Made by a program: the position numbers and the translations under genes
Part shown: one piece after another, positions 39,613 through 52,036 of the stretch
Layout of the letters: each line of letters begins with the position of its first letter
Position numbering within the stretch: position 1 is the stretch's first letter
Assembly: GCA_026770705.1 (NCBI GenBank)
Contig: JANJGN010000019.1
Location: 18,786,001-18,850,000 of the forward strand
Source of the DNA: Isurus oxyrinchus
Taxonomy: Eukaryota
Length of the DNA: 64,000 nt
Reading direction: 5' to 3'
Notes under the pieces: generated by a model
What the model was told of the DNA's origin: nothing
Seen by the model: the letters and a program-made list of their open reading frames with translations, nothing else
Databases searched by the model: none

Positions 39613-42200
39613 ATAGGAACATAGGAACAGGAGTAGGCCATGCAGCCCTTCAAGCCTGCTCCACCATTCAATATGATCGTGGCTGATCATCTACTTCAAT
39701 GCCTTATCCCACGCCATTGCCCTATCCCTTTTTGTCATTGACAGATTTCTAAATACCAATCTCTGCTTTAAACATATGCAATGACTGATCTTCCACAGCC
39801 CTCTTGGATAGGGAATTCCAAAGATTCAGAACCCTCTGAGTAAAAGAATATCTCCTCATCTCAAACTTAAGTGGCTTCCTCATTTTGAAATTGTGTTCCC
39901 TGGTTCTAGACTCCCTGACCAGGGGAAACATCTTACCTGCATCCACCCAGTCTATTTCTTTAAGTATTTTGTAGGTTTCCTCGAGATCACCTCATTTTTC
40001 AAAACTCTAGAGAATACAGGCCTAGTTTTCCCAATCTCTCTTCATAGGACAGTCTTGCCAACCCAGGAACAAATCTCATGAACCTTTGCTGTACTCCCTC
40101 TATGGCAATAATATCCATCCTAAGGTAAGTGGACCAAAACTATGCACAGCACTCCTGGTATGGTCTAAACAAAATTCTATACAATTGAAGCAAGACTTTG
40201 CTACTCCTGTACTCAAATCCTCTTGCGATAAAGGCTAACTTAATTGCTTCCTGCAATTGGATGTTAACTTCAGTGACATATTGACAAGGACATCCAGGTC
40301 CCTTTGTGCATCTATACTTTTTAATCTCCCACCATCTAAGAAGTACTCTGCACATCTGTTCCTCCTACCAAAGTGGATAACTTAATTTTTCCACATTATA
40401 TTCCATCTATTATGTTCTTGCCCACTCACGAAGTCTGTCCAAAGCCCCTTGAAGCCACTTTGCATCTTCCTTACAACACATTCCCATCTAGTTTTGTGTC
40501 ATCCACGAACTTGGAAATATTACATTTGGTCCCCACATCCAAATCATTGATTTATATTGTGAACAGCTGGAGCCCAAGTACTGATCCCTGCTGTACCCAG
40601 CTAGTCACTAGACTGCCAGTGCGAGAATGACCCATTTATTCCAACTCTGCTTTCTGTTTGTTAATCAATCCTTAATCCATGCCAGTATATTATCACCTCC
40701 TATTCCATGTGCTTTAATCTTGCTAACCAACCTCCTGTGGGGGACTTTATCAACAGCCTTCAGAAAATGCAAATATACTACTTCCACCGACTTTCCTTTA
40801 ATCAATTCTGTTAGTAACATCCTCAAAAATCTCAACAGGTTCATCAAACATGATTTCATATTCATAAATCCATGTTGAATATGCCAAATCAGATCATTAT
40901 CCAAGTGTCCATTCATCACATCCTTTATAACAGATTCCAGCATTTTCCCTAGTGCTGATGTAAGGCTAACAGGTCAGTATTTCCTGATTCTTTTCCCCCT
41001 TGCCCTTCCTTCAATAGTGGGGTGACATTTGCTACATTCCAATCTGCAGGAACATTCCAGAATCGATAGAATTTTGGGAAGTGGTCACCAATGCATTCAC
41101 ATTCTTCGTAGCTACCTCTTTCAACACTCTGGGATGTAGAATATCAGGTCCTGAGGACTTTTCAACATTCAGTCCCATTAATTTCTCCAACACACGTTTT
41201 TACTCATACTAATTTCCTTCAATTCCTCATTCTCCCTAGTCCCTTGCATCTCTAATTCTGGGAGATTTCTCAGTGAGGACAGACACAAAGCAATCATTTA
41301 GCTTCTCTGCCATTTCTCTATTCCCCATTAAAAATTCTCCTGACTCTACTTGTAATGGACTCACATTTGTCTTAGCCAAACATTTCCTTTTTACATGCCT
41401 ATAGAAGATTTTAAAGTCTATTAATGTTTTTGCCAGTTTATATTCATATTCTATTCTCCTGTTCTTTATCAGTTTCTTAGTCCTCTTTTACTGTATTCTA
41501 AAATGCTCCTAATCCTGAGATTTACTACTATTTCTGGCAACTTTATAGGACTTTTTGTTTAATTTTATACAATCCTTAACTTCCTTTGTTGGTCATGGCT
41601 GACTGACTTTTCTTTTTTGGGTTTTTGTGCCTTGAAAGAATGTATAATTGCTGTAAACTATATAATAATTCTTTAAGACTATCCATTATCGATTTACCAC
41701 CGTGCCTTTTAATGTGTTTTGCCAATCTGCCTCAGCTAATTTGCACCTCATATCTTCATCATTTCCTCTGTTCAAATTTTAACACCCTGGCTTCAGATTG
41801 AACTACCTTGCTTTTAAACATAGTGTGAAATTCTATCCTATTATGGTCACTCATCCCTAAAGTTTCTCTTACAACAAGATTATTCAATAGTTCTTTCTCA
41901 TTACATAATACTAGATCTAAAATAGCCTGTTATCTAGTCAAAACCCTCTCTGCCTGCATGCTCCTAACTGTAGTGTGACCACCTCTCTGAACATGCTATT
42001 CAGATAGTTCTCTGACTCACAGATGCAGCACAGTAACTCCAGCTGCCACTTGAATTCCAAAACCCAGAGCTCAAACTTCTGCAGCTGGTGACACTTCCTG
42101 CAGATGTGTTCCTCTCGGGCACATGGTACATCCATGATTTCGCACATATCACAGGATGGACATTCCACTCAGCCAAGCTGACCTGCCATACCCGCAAAGA
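39613..42200 (-). mobile_element. Long degenerate CR1 LINE: ORF2 remnants (about 39613-41936) plus an ORF1 zinc-finger remnant (41938-42190)
   Basis: QHGF..MKSCL.NLL and FLKAVDKVPHRRL motifs; tail cataggaacataggaaca; CPSCDMCE...HICRKCHQL followed by a coiled-coil-like stretch. Confidence 0.85.
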
Positions 42201-43369
42201 ACAGGGCCCTGTTTATTAATGTATGTAGCTTCCAGTACACACATGCTTAGCTTTCTCTTTCATTAAACCCATCTCCATATCTCATTTTTTCTTTTTATTT
42301 AAGACCCTCTAGGGCTTTGGCCAAGCTTTTGGTCCCCTATGTCGCTTGGTGTCATTTATTTTGATAATCGTTCCTGTATAGTGCCTTGGAACAATATACT
42401 AAGCTAATGGCACTATATAAATCCAAGTTGTTGTTATAATACATTGGACTGCTGCAAATGTTGCACTCTTGATCTACTTGGCCTGTTCACATTCCCACAG
42501 GACTTAACCCTGCCAGCCATTGGCTCTATTAGAACCACAGCAATTTTGTCCAAGAGTCTCTCTGATTTCTCTTTGTCCTACCTTGAAAGGTTTCGCTACA
42601 TGTGTTTTCTCTTTTCCACATCTGTTACAGTTTGTTTCTCCTGCAAAGTTGACATTTCTGTATTTCTATCCAGGCAATTTCTAGTAAACATTGGAAGCCA
42701 AGAGCTTCTCACTTACATCTTCCATTAACAAAGCTGGGTATCAGGGAGCTGTCAGGTGGCTCATTACAAGGAGACAGAGAGAAAAGAAACTTTCCTCATG
42801 TATTATACCAGCCATCGCATACACCAGGCCAATCATATTTTCACCAACAGCGTCTGCTATAAGTGGTGGGACTCTAAAAATAAGCTATAGATATTGTCAA
42901 CAAGATGTGGCTCTGACTCATCATTGTGATACATATTGAGCCCCTTTGGTGAACTAATAATGTGTTCTTGAGATTGATATATAGAACAAGTCATTCAGCC
43001 CCTCAAGCCTGTTCCACCATTCAATGAGATCATGTCTGATCTTTACCCTAACTCCATCCACTGGTCTTAGCTCCATAAAGTGACCCCATGACCCCCACAG
43101 ACCTCTCATGTGGAGTCAATGTGCTCAATTTCTACCAGTTCCACTCCATGTATACTAACTCCCACAGACCTGTGGCTGACTAGCTGCAGTTGATTTGCTA
43201 CCCATGTGCTCTGATATCCTCAGAGTTAAAACAGTATGTCCTTCCAGCCTCCATAAGTCTTACCTCCTGAACTAACTGTTCAGGTTGGTGAATCTTCTCC
43301 CCAGTCAGGTCCATTCCAGGTGGTTGTACAGTTCCTGTTTTGGCCCAGCTCTTTTTATCTGCTTCACCC

Positions 43370-44520
43370 AGGCTCCTATCTCAGGCTGAATCAAACCATT
43401 CACAGCTCTGAGTCCTACTTGATGCCAATCTGAGCTTCCTACCCCAGAATGTTCTCCATTAAAAAGATCACCAACGTCTACCCCTGTAATATCACCCACC
43501 TTTGACCAGTCTCTCCATCTGCCTCTGAATCACTCAACTGTATCTTTGTTTTACTCACTTACACCATTGCTCTCCTGGCTGACCTCCCATTCTCCTCCCT
43601 TCACCTCCATAAAACCTCTGTTCATCCAAAGCTCTGCTTCATTTCTTCTATTCCCCACTACTCGCCTGCTCACCCCTAACACCCATCCTTGTTGACCTAT
43701 ATTGGCTCCTCATTCACCAGCAACTCAAATTTAAAATTTTCATTCTCTTGTTTAAACTTTTTCATAGGCTCACCCCTCCCTATCTCTGAAACCTCCTCCA
43801 GCACCACAAACCCCACCTGTGAACTCTCCATTCCTCTGATTCCAGCCTGCTGTAAACACCCCCACACCTTTCCTTAACTGGCCATGCCTCCAGCCACATA
43901 CATCTCTGCTTCTGGAATTCCCTAAATTCTGCAACCTTCTTTGGATCCTCTTTAAAATAGACAGGTTTGTCATCGTTTATGATTACCTTTATAGATTTTA
44001 ATGTCTTTTTATCCTTACACCTTTGTGAATGGGCCTTGGAATGTACGAATTAGGACCAAGAGTAGGCCATTCAGCCCCTCACGTCTGCTCCACCATTTGA
44101 TAAGACCATGGCAGAACTGATTGTGGCCTCAACTCTACTTTCCTTTGACTCTCTTGTCAATCAAAAATCTATCTAACTCAGCCTTAAAAATATTCAATGG
44201 CCCTTCCTCCACAGCTCTCTGGGGAGGAGAATTCCACAGACCAACAGCCCCCTGAGAGAAAAAAATCGGTTTTAAATAGGAGACCTCCTATTGTTAAATA
44301 AATTCCCTAGTTCTAGTCTCTCCTATAAGGAGAAGCATCCTCTCAGTATCCACTCTGTCAAGTCCCCTCATGATCTTAGATGTTTCAATAAGATCACTTC
44401 TCATTCTTCTAAACTCTAGTGGAAACAGGCTCAACGTGTCCAACCTTTCCTCATAAGATAACCACCCCCCCACCACCACCCCTCCCTATCACAGGTATCT
44501 GTCAAGTGAACCTTCTCTCT
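43370..44520. mobile_element. Old L2-like fragment (plus, about 43370-44040) followed by a CR1 3' end (minus, about 44040-44520)
   Basis: Pyrimidine-rich L2-like decay; LSYEERLDTLSLFPLEFRRMRSDLIE on the minus strand. Confidence 0.65.
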
Positions 44521-45192
44521 TTTTCTTTGTTAAGGCTCAGTATATATGCAGATTGTTGTTCCAATGAATGCTGAGTCTCCTTGTACATTAATATTTAAAT
44601 CATTCACCAACAATGCATCGTACTGCAGTACTGCTTTGTTCTAATCATCCACAATGGATAACAGCAACTCTTTGAGCGAGGGAGGTCCATTTGCTCCCAA
44701 GGACAGTATAAATGTGAAAGTCCTTCAGAAATTGTTGGCCATACATTGGTTGTGGCCACACAAGCGTCAGTCAACACCTCTTTACAATGCAACACTTTCA
44801 TTAGCTGTTTATTTACAATGATTGTGCATGAGTTTTGTGTTAGCACCCTTACAGCTACTGACCATCTCAGGTCCCATGGCGGAACTCCATCTCCTGATAA
44901 CATCCCTTTCAGACCAGAAGTGGTTGTTTTGTGATCTGCCTTTGTTGCGTGTATGACACCTAATGTCCCTAGAATCTTCTAAGGAAGAAATCTGACACAC
45001 TGATTAAATTTAACAAGGTCAATGAGCTTGGCATTTGCCTCTGTAACGGTGTGCCAAAAGTAAAGACACCTACACACACAGACACAAAAAGCTTTTGCCT
45101 TCTGATGTTCTATCCAATAGTTATATCTCAAACAAAAACAGAATTACCTGGAAAAACTCAGCAGGTCTGGCAGCATCGGCGGAGAAGAAAAG

Positions 45193-45231
45193 AGTTGACG
45201 TTTCGAGTCTTCATGACCCTTCGACAGAACT
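45193..45231 (-). ncRNA. Minimal hammerhead ribozyme-like motif (core CUGUCGA)
   Basis: AGUU CUGUCGA A GGGUC AUGAA GACUC GAAA C GUC AACU. Confidence 0.62.
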
Positions 45232-45468
45232 TGATTTCGAGTCCAAGAAAGAGTTGAAATATAAGCTGGTTTAAGGTGTGTGTGTGGGGGGGCAGAGAGA
45301 GAGAGAGAGAGACAGAGGTGCTTGTGTAGACAAACAAGCAGTGATAGCAGTCCTATCACTGCTTGTTTGTCTACACAAGCACCTCTGTCTCTCTCTCTCT
45401 CTCTCTGCCCCCCCACACACACACCTTAAACCAGCTTATATTTCAACTCTTTCTTGGACTCGAAATCA

Positions 45469-45507
45469 AGTTCTGTCGAAGGGTCATGAAGACTCGAAAC
45501 GTCAACT
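45469..45507 (+). ncRNA. Minimal hammerhead ribozyme-like motif (core CUGUCGA)
   Basis: agttctgtcgaagggtcatgaagactcgaaacgtcaact. Confidence 0.62.
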
Positions 45508-46173
45508 CTTTTCTTCTCCGCCGATGCTGCCAGACCTGCTGAGTTTTTCCAGGTAATTCTGTTTTTGTTTTGGATTTCCAGCATCCGCAGTTTTCTTTGA
45601 TTTTATCTCTGTGTTTAATTGACTGCCACTGCTCTTCAAGAAATGCCTACCTCCTTGAAGAAGTTCTGTTCCTCTCTGCGACAAGATTTCCGTATCTCTC
45701 TGTTGCCTTGTTCACCTTCTTTGCTTTCCATTTCCCTCCTAGTGTTTGACAAGGTGTTTACTAAAACCCGCTTTCACAGCCATATCTCCTTTCTCAGTGA
45801 CTGCCTCCGTCTCCGACTTACCCCACGTGGATTTCAACTGAAATTCCACCCCTCATCTTTCGAACCCACCCAGGATTACCGGTATCTCCGGGACATAAAA
45901 CGTTTCTCAGACTGCTGTTCCCATCACATTCTGAAATCCACACTCAGTGCCATGCGCCGCCATATGAACACACTCGACCTCTCCCTCCAGCAGCACCGCC
46001 GTACCCTTTCTCAAAGCTGCGCGTGCCCCCAGTTTCATTTTATCCTTCGGCTCATCCCTATCACTGCTTGTTTGTCTACACAAGCACCTCTGTCTCTCTC
46101 TCTCTCTCTCTGCCCCCCCACACACACACCTTAAACCAGCTTATATTTCAACTCTTTCTTGGACTCGAAATCA

Positions 46174-46212
46174 AGTTCTGCCGAAGGGTCATGAAGACTC
46201 GAAACGTCAACT
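46174..46212 (+). ncRNA. Minimal hammerhead ribozyme-like motif (core CUGCCGA)
   Basis: agttctgccgaagggtcatgaagactcgaaacgtcaact. Confidence 0.6.
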
Positions 46213-47007
46213 CTTTTCTTCTCCGCCGATGCTGCCAGACCTGCTGAGTTTTTCCAGGTAATTCTGTTTTTGTTTTGGATTTCCAGCATCCGCAGTTTTC
46301 TTTGATTTTATCTCTGAGTTATATCTCAAACACTATCATTAAAACAGGTTATCTGGTTATTATCATGTTGTTGTTTCTGGGACCTTTCTGTGTGTAAATT
46401 GCCTGCAATGTTAATATTTCCTACATTACAACAAGGACCTCACTTAAAAAGCACTTAATTGCCTTTAAAATGCTTTGCGCTGACCTGAGGGAAATAAAAT
46501 GCTTGTAACTGTAGAAGTGACTGGGAAGCTGTTGGATTGTAAATAAGGTCAACTAATGCCCTTTAGCAACAGAAATCTGACATCCAAGACAATCTATATG
46601 CAATTCTAATCCAATGTCAATGTGGCTGACTAAAGTGCCTTCTGAAGTGGCCTAGCAAGCTATTCAGTTGTATCAAACCACTGCCAACAACTATAGAAGA
46701 AGCTGAACACCTTCTTAGGGCAACTAGGGATGGGCAATAAATGTTGGTCTTATCTGTACCATAGGCCATTATTCAATAAGAAAGATATACAACTTTCATG
46801 TGGTCACTTTTGTTCCATAAATTAACATAAAATATGCAATCTTTAAATAACTTCAATTTTTTTCACTCACGCTAGAAGAAATCATTTATAAACGACAAAT
46901 AGTTTGCTAACAGCCATAATGCCAGAAACGAACGGGACAAGCCAATTAAGTTAATTCCAGCTTTCTCCAACTCCTAAGAGGGTAGGCATGGGGCAAAGTC
47001 TAATAAC

Positions 47008-48840
47008 CATAGAATCATAGAAAAGTTACAGCACAGAAGGAGGCCATTCGGCCCATCTTGTCCATGCCAGCCCGAGGACATCCAGGTGCACTTTCTAATC
47101 CCACCTTCCTGCACCCGGCCAGTAGCCCAGCAGCTTACAGCACTTTAGGTGCAGATCCAGGTACTTTTAAAAGAGTTTAAAGTTTCTGCCTCTACCACCA
47201 CTTGGGCAGCAAATTCCAGACATCCACTACCCTCTGCGTAAAAAAGTTCCTCATGTCCCCCTACACCTTCTGCCACTTATCTTGAATCTATGTCCCCTGG
47301 TTCTAGAATTCTCCATCAAGGGAAACAATTTGATCCTGTCCACTCTATCTATTCCCCTCATAATTTTGTACACCTCAGTCAAGTCACCTCTCAGCCTTCT
47401 TTGTTCTAAGGAAAATAAACCCAACCTATCCAATCTCTCCTCATAGCTACACTTTTCTAACCCTGGCAACATTCTTGTAAACCTCCTCCGCTCTCTTTCC
47501 AGAGCTATTCCATCCTTCCTGTAATGTGGTGACCAGAACTGCACACAATGCTCCAGTTGTGGCCTCACCAGTGTTTTATACAATTCCAACATTATATCCT
47601 TACTTTTATATTCTATACCTCTGCCAATGAAGGAGATCATTCCATATGCCTTCTTTACAATCTTGTCTACCTGAACTGCTGCCTTTAGGGACCTGTGTAC
47701 TTGTACGCCAAGATCTCTCATTTCATCTACCCCTCTTATTATATCCCCATTTATTTTGTAATCCCTGTAGCTGTTTGACCTCCCTAAATGTATGACCTCA
47801 CACTTCTCTATGTTAAAATCCATCTGCCACTTTACCGCCTCCTCCACCAACCCATCTATATAGTTTTGGAGATTATGGCTATCCTCTACACTATCCACTA
47901 CTCGGCCAATCTTTGTGTTATCTGCAAATTTCCCAATCATGCCTCCCACATTCACGTCCAAATCATTAATATATAACACAAACAGCAAGGGTCCCAACAC
48001 CAAGCCCTGTGGAACACCACTTGAGACAAATTTCCATTCGCAAGGGAATCCATCGACAATTACCCTTTGTTTCCTGTTACAAAACCAACCTTTTATCCAG
48101 TTTGCCACATTACTCTGAATCCCATGGGCTTTTACTTTCCTGACCAATCTGTCATGTGGGACCTTGTCAAATGCCTTGCTAAAATCCATGTACACAACAT
48201 CCACCACACTACCTTCATCAACCCTGTCACTTCCTCAAAGAATTCAATCAAATTTGTGAGGCAAGACCTTCCTTTAACAAATCCATGCTGACCATCCCTG
48301 ACTAGTCCATGCCTTTCCATATGACAGTTAATCCTATCTCTCAGGATTTATTCTACTAATTTGCTCACCACTGATGTAAGACTAACAGGCCTACAATTGT
48401 TTGGCATTTCCTTTGATCCCCTTTTAAACAATGGTACTATGTTTGCATTTCTCCAGTCCTCCAGTACCTCCACTGTATCTAGTGAAGTTTGGAAAATCAT
48501 CCTCAGAGCATCTGCTATCTCCTCCCTAACTTCCTTCAGCAGCTTCAGAAACATTCCATCTGGCCCTGGTGACTTATCAACTTTCAAGGATTTCAACCCT
48601 TCAAGTACTTCCTCTCTCTTTATGAATATCCCATCCAATATCTCGCAGAGTTCCTCCTGGACTACTATATCTACATCCTCCCTTTCCTTTGTAAATAAGG
48701 AGACAAAATATTCATTCAAACCCCTTCCCACAGCCTCTGCATCTACACACAAGTTTCTATCTTCATCTCTGATAGGTCCCATTTTTTCCTTAACTAACCT
48801 TTTAGCATTAATGTATTGGTAAAACATCTTTGAGTTATCT
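47008..48840 (-). mobile_element. Relatively young 5'-truncated CR1 LINE (RT)
   Basis: ORFs 48348-48827, 48132-48320 and 47251-48207 (318 aa; MDFSKAFDKVPH, GVPQGLVLGPLLF, FADNTK with the second catalytic Asp changed to Asn). Tail catagaatcatagaa. Confidence 0.95.
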
Positions 48841-48974
48841 TTGGTTCATCAGTGCCTTTCAGAGAAAAGAACATTCCATCCACACCCAGTCTGGTCTTTA
48901 TTTGACTCCAGTCCCAGATCAGAGGGAATGATACTACATCTGACATACAGGGTAGGGTAACACAGTGAGTACTG

Positions 48975-49935
48975 TAGCACAGTGGTTATATTACCCGAAT
49001 AGTAATCCAGAGGCCAGGGCTAATGATCTTGAGACATGGGGCTACTGACACCGCCTGCCCCGCAGTGATTTCATGCTCCAGTGAGCGTTAATTGGCTGGA
49101 GGTGGGACCTTCTCCCCTCACTCGAGAGGAAGTCCTGCCTCAGGGAGCTGCCAGCCAATCTGTTTGGCCTGCAGCTCGCTAGTCTCAGCAGCGCCAGAAG
49201 CTGCTGTGGACAGAACTGGGACTGCAACCAGTCCTCAGAGCCGAAATTCCAGGATTCCAGGAAGAGGTAAGCATTGGGGGGTCTCAGGGAAGGCCTGAGG
49301 GACTAGACAGTGGGGGATTGGTGTGTTGACGGAGATGGTGTGTTGGAGGTAGGGTGGGGTGGGAAGGTAGGTCCTGCGGTTACCAGATCTTAAGGAGGGG
49401 TGCGCCCCATGTTAAAAGGGGGCATCTGATGAAGGCCCCTTACTGCCTGAGGCCTGAACCTGATTATTTTTGGGCTCCCCCCCATACCCGTGAACTCCTC
49501 CCGCCAGCTTAATAATTAAGGCTGAGCAGGAAACAGCCCTTAAGGTGTAAATAACTGGCCTCTTAAGGGGCTTCAATTCGGGCAAGTGCCGGCCGGCTGA
49601 GGCCCCACCCATCAAAGAGAGGGTGGGTGGGCAGGAACCCAGCAGGAAGCCTATCTGAGGAATTTTACACTCCCCCCCCACCCCCTACAAACTGACAGCT
49701 TAAAATTCTGCCACATGAAACCAGCAGATTATCATTAAAAGCCTATCTGGTTCACTAATGTCCTTTCAAGAAGGAAGTCTGCTATCCTTAACCACTCTGG
49801 CCTATAAGTGACTCCAGACCCACGGCAATATGGTTGAATCAGAGCCACCCTCTGATAGGCCCCAGCAAACCATTCTGTTGTATTCAACAAGGTAGCTCAC
49901 CAACACCTACTCAAGGGCCATTACTAATGGGCAGA
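48975..49935 (+). mobile_element. tRNA-derived SINE split by a Harbinger-type MITE (about 49041-49712)
   Basis: SINE head (cagtggtta...agtaatccagaggcc) at 48975-49040 and body (ctggttcactaatgtccttt...) resuming at about 49713. The MITE ends aaaattctgcc. Confidence 0.65.
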
Positions 49936-50563
49936 TTGGGAAAAATGGTGGTGGAATTTAGCAATGATTGTTCAGAGGCAGAAGTCAATTTGGCCATTGA
50001 ATGAGAAATAACTAACATTTAAACAGTTAAAAAGAAAATTGATCAAGTAATGACACGGTAATAGCTACTCATGGTAAGAAATCCATCTGCTGAAAGGTTA
50101 GTTAAAATAGGCAAGTTAATCCCTTAGTAACCATTTTATACAGAGATCAGTATACACGAGGAAGAAATATGGATCATCTAGTACCTTCTTCCAGAGAAAC
50201 CTAGGGTTTCTTCTCTACTGTCACAGTATCTAACAGCCACTGAAATACCACCAGAGATTTTTCTCTGCTGTCCCATATGGAAAACCATCCCAGGTATTAA
50301 TTATTCTTTGCTTGAAAAAGTGTTTCCTGACATCAGCCCTCAATTCAATTCCTACCTTACCTGGATGAACCTTTCCTGTCCCATTCACTATTTTATTCAC
50401 CTCAAAAAAGTCCCCATTCGTTCACTATCCTTTGAGGCTGAAGAGTCCAAATGGTTGATTTTATTCCGGATTCTGAAAGGGCACTTGACAGGCACAACAA
50501 ACTTAAGATGCACCGCACCTGTAGGAGGAGAGGTGTCTCTAGATACACTCCCAATGTAGGTGC

Positions 50564-50600
50564 CCCCACCCCAACTCCACCCCGCCCCACCCCTCCCCCC

Positions 50601-50633
<33 letters not shown>

Positions 50634-50638
50634 ACCCC
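50564..50638. repeat. C-rich homopolymer tract (G-rich on the transcribed strand)
   Basis: Read directly; similar tracts at about 801-838, 10070-10150 and 12934-12967. Confidence 0.9.
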
Positions 50639-52036
50639 AAACCAGGAGAAGAAACAGTAACAGAGTAACAAAGAGAGCCCTGTGGTTATACAAATAATCT
50701 AACATATCAGAGCCCACTGGCTATTGGCAAGTGCAACACTGATCAGAAAATATTTCTCCATAGATGTGAGGAAAACAGCCATTGCCAAACAGATCTATGC
50801 AATTCAGTTTAACTTCACCTAATCTTAACCTCATTATATTTCAATTCTCTCATTCTCCAGAAAGCATCAAGTTGCCTCTTGGCTTGTTTATGGCCTTCCC
50901 TAATTACTTCTCCCACACATACTCTGTGGGCAAAAATATTCTACCTAACATTCTCCCTCCTTACTCTGAGTTTTCTCATTTTAACCTCCATTCCCTGGTA
51001 TCTGAATTTATAGGGCTGGATTTTTCTTTTTGAGGTGGGAGTCACCAGTTGGGAGATTTCTGGACATCATGATCGCACCTCCTGCCCAGCAGTGCCTATC
51101 CACGCTATTTTCATGGTGGGGTGGTGTGGAGGGGCTGGGGTTGGGCAGCCACCTCCCGAAGCAGGCCCAAGATGGGAGCAGAGGTGGATGGTTACTGAGA
51201 CGAACAGTTTAAAAGGCCCACCTCCAATCGGCCCAGTTCTGTACATGTGTATTAGGCACCCTAGCCCTCACTCCTCACCCCCTCACCTCCATGTCCCCTC
51301 CATGCCCTCATGCCACCTCATATCCCCATGCCCCCTCCATGCTCCCATGCCTCTCCCTATGCCGCTTAATATCCCCATTCTTCCCTCTCCCATGGCCCCC
51401 TTTTCCCACCATGCCCACTCACCAAATATCCACTTTGCACAGAACCCATGTACGTTATAATAACATTGGGAATTCTTTGAGATGCTCAAGAAACTGTTGA
51501 AATAAACAAACAGCCATTCAGAAACTTCTTTAAAATATCTTGATCCTCCCAGGAGCTCATAAAACTGTCATTCAAATGCACAGCCAGTCAAACTCTGCTT
51601 GAAAATACCATAATCCTCTTAAAGTGGTCATAAAACTATCAAAATAAACAAATACCCATTCAAAACTCTCTTCAAAAAACAATCTTCTTAGGAGTTCATA
51701 AAACTTTCTATCAAAACAGAGCTCAAAATCTCTTTGACAGCTGTATCAAAAACCCCTGCTGAGCTGAATCCGTTTTTGGGGTTTAGAGATTAGCCACTTA
51801 ACAGTCTTCACTTTTTTCCTTTCCCTGCATCATTAAGTAGGAATATGACTATGTACCAGATGATTCGTGCTCCTATATTATGCTTTGTAATTTTATTCAT
51901 ACCAGTACAGTAGAGGATGCTAAAAAAACCTTCAAAAATACACTACTTCTTTCAGGTTTAAAAAGCAGGATCATTTAGGTGGGAGCAAGTAAGCAAGTTC
52001 ATTTTGCAGCCCTTGATTAATAAAGCAGCGACATAC

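Larger units (their letters stand above)
45130..46316. mobile_element. Young Penelope-like insertion: inverted pseudo-LTR, then pseudo-LTR with ORF N-terminus, then tandem pseudo-LTR
   Basis: Three near-identical pLTR segments (45130-45347 minus; 45353-45610 and 46058-46316 plus). Open frame MPTSLKKFC...FLSDCLRLRLTPRGFQLKF at 45643-46056. TSD agttatatctcaaaca at 45119-45134 and 46317-46332. Confidence 0.9.

Noticed and set aside
45619-46134. 171-aa ORF as a nested host gene
   Set aside because: It lies between Penelope pLTRs inside a TSD-flanked insertion and is best explained as the element's ORF N-terminus.
47251-48207. Functional or domesticated reverse transcriptase (318-aa ORF)
   Set aside because: It is a 5'-truncated, frameshifted CR1 copy with FADN in place of FADD.
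50397-50717. Poly-Gly and poly-Pro ORFs
   Set aside because: These are translation artefacts of a C-homopolymer tract whose length may also be mis-sequenced.
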